DNA of 58,612 bases from Alphaproteobacteria bacterium (lineage in GTDB: Bacteria > Pseudomonadota > Alphaproteobacteria > UBA6615): assembly GCA_003230015.1 (NCBI GenBank), contig QIGO01000199.1, positions 1 through 58,612 on the forward strand. Direction: 5' to 3'. Position numbers and translations under genes: made by a program. Below, piece after piece: positions 55,217 to 58,612 of the stretch. Numbering within the stretch: the first letter of the stretch is position 1; each line of letters opens with the position of its first letter. The notes beneath the pieces are model-generated. The model worked only from the letters and a program-made list of their open reading frames with translations, was not told where the DNA came from and made no database searches.

Positions 55217-56821
55217 CTATTGTTCGTCAGCGGCGGCGGCGAGCCCAAAACCGCGAGGATCGGCCTGGAAATCGCATAGATTGGAGCGCGGCAAGCCGTC
55301 GGGACAGGAGAAGGCAGCCACCCGGCCGAGGCGCTCGACAGCGCGGACACGGTGGCCGCGCGCGCTTAAACCCTCCTCGGCTTCGGCAATGACCTCATCG
55401 GGCGTGCCGCCATGGTGGAGCCGCGGGCGGGCCTGGGCCAGGGACAGGGACAGGTCCTCGACAAGAGAGGCAAGGGCCAACTTGACGATGGCGCCGGACG
55501 CGGCGTTACCCGCGGCAGCGGCGCCGAAGTAGACATTGCGGGTGTTGGGATTGACCAAGAGCATGGCGCTCAAGGCAGCCGGTTCCCGGGGATCGGGGGG
55601 AGCGGCCAGAAGAATGCCCGTACCGGGCGCCACCTGGCGCTGGCCAAAGGGGCTGTTCATGGTGAAGGCGCAGGCGACAGCCTGGCCGTCGCGGTCGACG
55701 GCGAGGATCATGGCGCCGCCGGCTTCCGGCAGGCTGGGAGACGGGGCCGCCAAGGCGTCCCGGCCGTCGGGGTTATAGCCGCGCATCAAGGCCTGAATGC
55801 GCTGGGATGCCAATAGCTCGGATGAAGCGAGGTCCGTGGAACCGTCGCTGCGCATCCATTGGCGGCGCGCGTCATAGACCCGCCGGCTGACCTCGGCCAG
55901 CAGGTGGTCGCGGGCGTCGGCGGGGGTGTCGTCGTAACGCGCGCCGGCCTCCAACGCGGCCCAGATCTGGGCCGTGGCGGCGCCTGCCGACACCGGTGGC
56001 GGCAGGAAGTGCATGATGTTGTCGCCCAGGGGAATCTGCAGGGACTGGCGAAGGCTCGGGCTGGCGTCGCGCAAGTCGGCGAGTGTTAGCTCGCCGCCCA
56101 GGGACGCCACGGCGTCGACAAATTGAGTACCTAACTGGCCACCGTAGAAATCGCCAGGGCCGCGACGACGCAAGGCCGAGATCATCGTGCTGAGCTCGAA
56201 CCGGTTGAGCCTGTCGCCTTCACGCAACTCGACGTCGGGTGGCAGGCCGAAGATGGCGGCAAGATCGCGGCTACCGCCGCCGGCCGCCGAAGCCGTCTGA
56301 AAGGCCCGCACCAAGGCTCGCGATGCCGGACTGCCCTCACGGGCGAGGCGCTCGGCCGGGGCCAGCAATGCCAGCCACTCGAGTACGCCGTAGCGGGCGT
56401 GGAGGGCAAACATGCCCCGGATGTTGCCAGGTATGACGTTGAATTGGGTCTGAGAAGGCGGAAAGCGATCCGGTACCTTGGCGAGGAACTCAAGGGCCTC
56501 GGTTTGTCCAGTGGCAAAATCGGCTATCAGGCAGGCGCCGCCGCCGCCGAGGCCGGCCCCGGCCGGGAAGGTCACGGCCATGGAGAAATAGGCGGCGACG
56601 ACGGCGTCCGCGGCCGTACCGCCGGCGCCGAGAACGTCGCGGCCGATGAGGGAGGCGCGGGGCTCGCTGGCGACGATGCCGCCAAGAAAACCCTCGACGA
56701 AGCCTTGCCGGCCCAGTTGGCCCGACGCGGCGCAACCGGCCAGTATCAGGGTCAGGGCGAGCCCGGCATAGCGGGGTAGAAACCGCGATCCCAGGGCGAG
56801 CCTCGATTGACGTGTCTGCAC
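55217..56821 (-). CDS. Gamma-glutamyltransferase family lipoprotein
   Basis: Lipobox LILAGC. GGT-like N-terminal region (ASEPRASLIGRDVLGAGGTAADA) and an autoprocessing-site region (FTMNSPFGQRQVAPGTGILL). GTG start. Confidence 0.75.
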   Translation of the reverse strand: MQTRQSRLALGSRFLPRYAGLALTLILAGCAASGQLGRQGFVEGFLGGIVASEPRASLIGRDVLGAGGTAADAVVAAYFSMAVTFPAGAGLGGGGACLIADFATGQTEALEFLAKVPDRFPPSQTQFNVIPGNIRGMFALHARYGVLEWLALLAPAERLAREGSPASRALVRAFQTASAAGGGSRDLAAIFGLPPDVELREGDRLNRFELSTMISALRRRGPGDFYGGQLGTQFVDAVASLGGELTLADLRDASPSLRQSLQIPLGDNIMHFLPPPVSAGAATAQIWAALEAGARYDDTPADARDHLLAEVSRRVYDARRQWMRSDGSTDLASSELLASQRIQALMRGYNPDGRDALAAPSPSLPEAGGAMILAVDRDGQAVACAFTMNSPFGQRQVAPGTGILLAAPPDPREPAALSAMLLVNPNTRNVYFGAAAAGNAASGAIVKLALASLVEDLSLSLAQARPRLHHGGTPDEVIAEAEEGLSARGHRVRAVERLGRVAAFSCPDGLPRSNLCDFQADPRGFGLAAAADEQ

Positions 56822-56862
56822 TGTCGGCCTACGTTCTTGCTGGGGGATGGGAGGATATTTGG

Positions 56863-58206
56863 GTGTTCAGAACTTTTACCATCGTTGGAAGCGCCTTGCT
56901 CCTGCTCCTCGCGCCAATGGCGCCAGCGGCCGCACAAGGCCGGAATATCTCCTTTATCCGCGATGCGGAAATCGAGAGTACCATCCGAGCCTATGCCACG
57001 CCAATTTTCAACGCCGCCAATCTCGATGCCGATTCGGTGCGCATACACTTGGTCTCGGATCCCGCACTCAATGCCTTCGTGGCGGGTGGACAGCAATTGT
57101 TCATCCATACGGGCCTGCTGACCCGCGCGGCGAGCCCAGGTCAGGTGATCGGCGTGATCGCCCATGAGGTCGGTCATATCCAAGCAGGCCACCTGGTGCG
57201 GCTGCAGGACGAATTGAGAAATGCCACGGCAAAGTCAATCCTGGCATTTGTTCTGGGTGCGGCCACCGGCATCGCGACCGGCAACGCCGAAGCCGCGACA
57301 GCGGTCATCGTCGGTGGCCAGCAGGTCGCCGTGCAAGGCTTGCTGCGCTACTCGCGGGCCCAGGAATCGGCTGCCGACGCCGCGGCGCTGACCCTGCTCG
57401 ACCGCACCGGGCAGTCGGCGCGAGGTCTCTTGGAATTCTTCGATCTGCTCGGTCGCGAACAGGCAACCACGGTGGGGCGCCGGTCGGTATATACAGGGAC
57501 CCATCCGCTGGCCTCGACCCGGCGCGCCACGGTGGCCAATCATCTGGCACTGTCACGCTATGCCGATGTCCCCGATGCGCCGGACCTGGTGATCCGCCAT
57601 GCGCGCATGGTGGCGAAACTGGTGGGATTCCTATGGCCCTACGATAAGGTACTCGAGCGCTATCCAGAGGCGAATATTAGCGTGGCCGGGAGATACGCGC
57701 GCGCCATCGCGCAATTCAGGCGCGGCGATCTGGAACCAGCCCTGGGCCTGATCAACGGTTTGATCGAGGAGCACCCCGAGGACCCCTATTTTCTTGAACT
57801 AAAAGGGCAAATGCTGTTCGAGAACGGGCGTGGCGCGGACGCGATGGCCCCTTACGAAGCGGCTGTCGCGTTGGCGCCCGAAGAGCCCCTCATACGGGTA
57901 AACCTGGCGCAGATTCAACTAGAATCCAACGACCCAGAGCTGCTCGTGGCCGCCAAAGCTAACCTGGAACGGGCAGCGCAGGCCGAACCAGAACTTGGTT
58001 CCGTCTGGCGCAACCTGGCGATCGCCAACGGGCGGCTTGGAGAAATCGGGGAGATGGCATTGGCGCAGGCCGAACTATCGGTGATCATCGGCGACAAGTC
58101 CGCCGCCAAAGCTCATGCGGAGCGGGCCGAACGAGAGTTGCCCCTGGGGTCTCCGGGCTGGCTGCGGGCCCAGGATTTGCAACAACAGTTGAACCGGAAA
58201 CGTTAG
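56863..58206 (+). CDS. M48 metalloprotease with C-terminal TPR repeats (BepA/YfgC-like)
   Basis: GTG 56863 with a GGGAGGA RBS and a signal peptide (FRTFTIVGSALLLLLAPMAPAAA). HEVGHIQAGH and ESAADAAAL motifs, with a TPR-like C-terminal half. Confidence 0.85.
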   Translation: MFRTFTIVGSALLLLLAPMAPAAAQGRNISFIRDAEIESTIRAYATPIFNAANLDADSVRIHLVSDPALNAFVAGGQQLFIHTGLLTRAASPGQVIGVIAHEVGHIQAGHLVRLQDELRNATAKSILAFVLGAATGIATGNAEAATAVIVGGQQVAVQGLLRYSRAQESAADAAALTLLDRTGQSARGLLEFFDLLGREQATTVGRRSVYTGTHPLASTRRATVANHLALSRYADVPDAPDLVIRHARMVAKLVGFLWPYDKVLERYPEANISVAGRYARAIAQFRRGDLEPALGLINGLIEEHPEDPYFLELKGQMLFENGRGADAMAPYEAAVALAPEEPLIRVNLAQIQLESNDPELLVAAKANLERAAQAEPELGSVWRNLAIANGRLGEIGEMALAQAELSVIIGDKSAAKAHAERAERELPLGSPGWLRAQDLQQQLNRKR

Positions 58207-58359
58207 ATATCGATTCAGGGATGCCGGCTAAAATGCTGTTGATTCAGGATTTTGGCGGGCGTCACCGGCGCGTGAAGAACCGTGATTTGCGTCGTGCGTT
58301 TGCGCGGGCTCATGATCGCGCCCGATTCGGCCATAACATTCTGATATTGGAGGTTGCCC

Positions 58360-58612
58360 CGTGCTCTTGGCGAAAAGGCTGCTGGCGGCTGCCGGCACGG
58401 CGTTGATGTTGTCGGCCGGCGTGAGTGGGATTGCGCTGGGCCAGGCAAACCAGACAGCGATTCCGGAAGGGGCCCTGACCTTGCCCAGTGCCACGGCGGC
58501 GCCCATAGAACAGACCTTTACAGGGGCGCAGCGTAGCGAGATCGGCCAAATCGTCCGCGACTATCTGGTGGAGAATCCCGACGTCATCGTCGAGGTGCTG
58601 CAAATATTGCAA
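58360..58612 (+). CDS. DsbA-family thiol:disulfide oxidoreductase, N-terminal part (runs off the window)
   Basis: GGAGG RBS then GTG 58360. The frame is open to the window end: LLAKRLLAAAGTALMLSAGVSGIALGQA (signal) ...FTGAQRSEIGQIVRDYLVENPDVIVEVLQILQ. That N-terminal helix is typical of alphaproteobacterial DsbA-like proteins. It is not in the ORF track because it has no stop. Confidence 0.6.

Overview
This is a 58.6-kb high-GC chromosomal segment. My hand counts give about 60-65% GC in core genes. Gene content and synteny look alphaproteobacterial, for example rne divergent from amiC-mrcA-prfB, and a CTATAT-type -10 upstream of the tRNA. Most of the window is housekeeping. It holds typA and prfC (convergent), a small accessory patch, two carbohydrate-type ABC importers (one is clearly ugpBAEC) and mnmA. 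A 12-gene minus-strand Fe-S block follows: cysE-iscR-[nifS-like, frameshifted]-iscS-sufB-sufC-sufD-sufS-sufU-sufT-sufA-ferredoxin. A near-consensus IscR box lies over its promoter. The rest is tyrS, a 1061-aa AsmA/YhdP-like envelope protein, glnE, bcp, a DUF455-like gene, prfB with its classical +1 frameshift site, mrcA, amiC, rne, an aminotransferase, a GGT-family lipoprotein, a BepA-like M48/TPR protease and the start of a DsbA-like gene. There is one tRNA, Met(CAU). I saw no rRNA, CRISPR array, IS/transposase or integrase. Candidates for something new, in order of interest: (1) A low-GC, translationally coupled three-gene module lies just downstream of the tRNA 3' end. It encodes an output-less CHASE2 membrane sensor, a 135-aa secreted protein and an M48 lipoprotein protease. 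(2) A 716-aa periplasmic protein combines a planctomycete-type cytochrome c domain, a second CXXCH motif and a C-terminal SPOR domain. (3) Two independent short out-of-frame lesions hit conserved genes (gloA and the nifS-like desulfurase). The second creates an artefactual 821-aa fused ORF. All calls rest on reading the translations and the DNA by eye. No database search was run.
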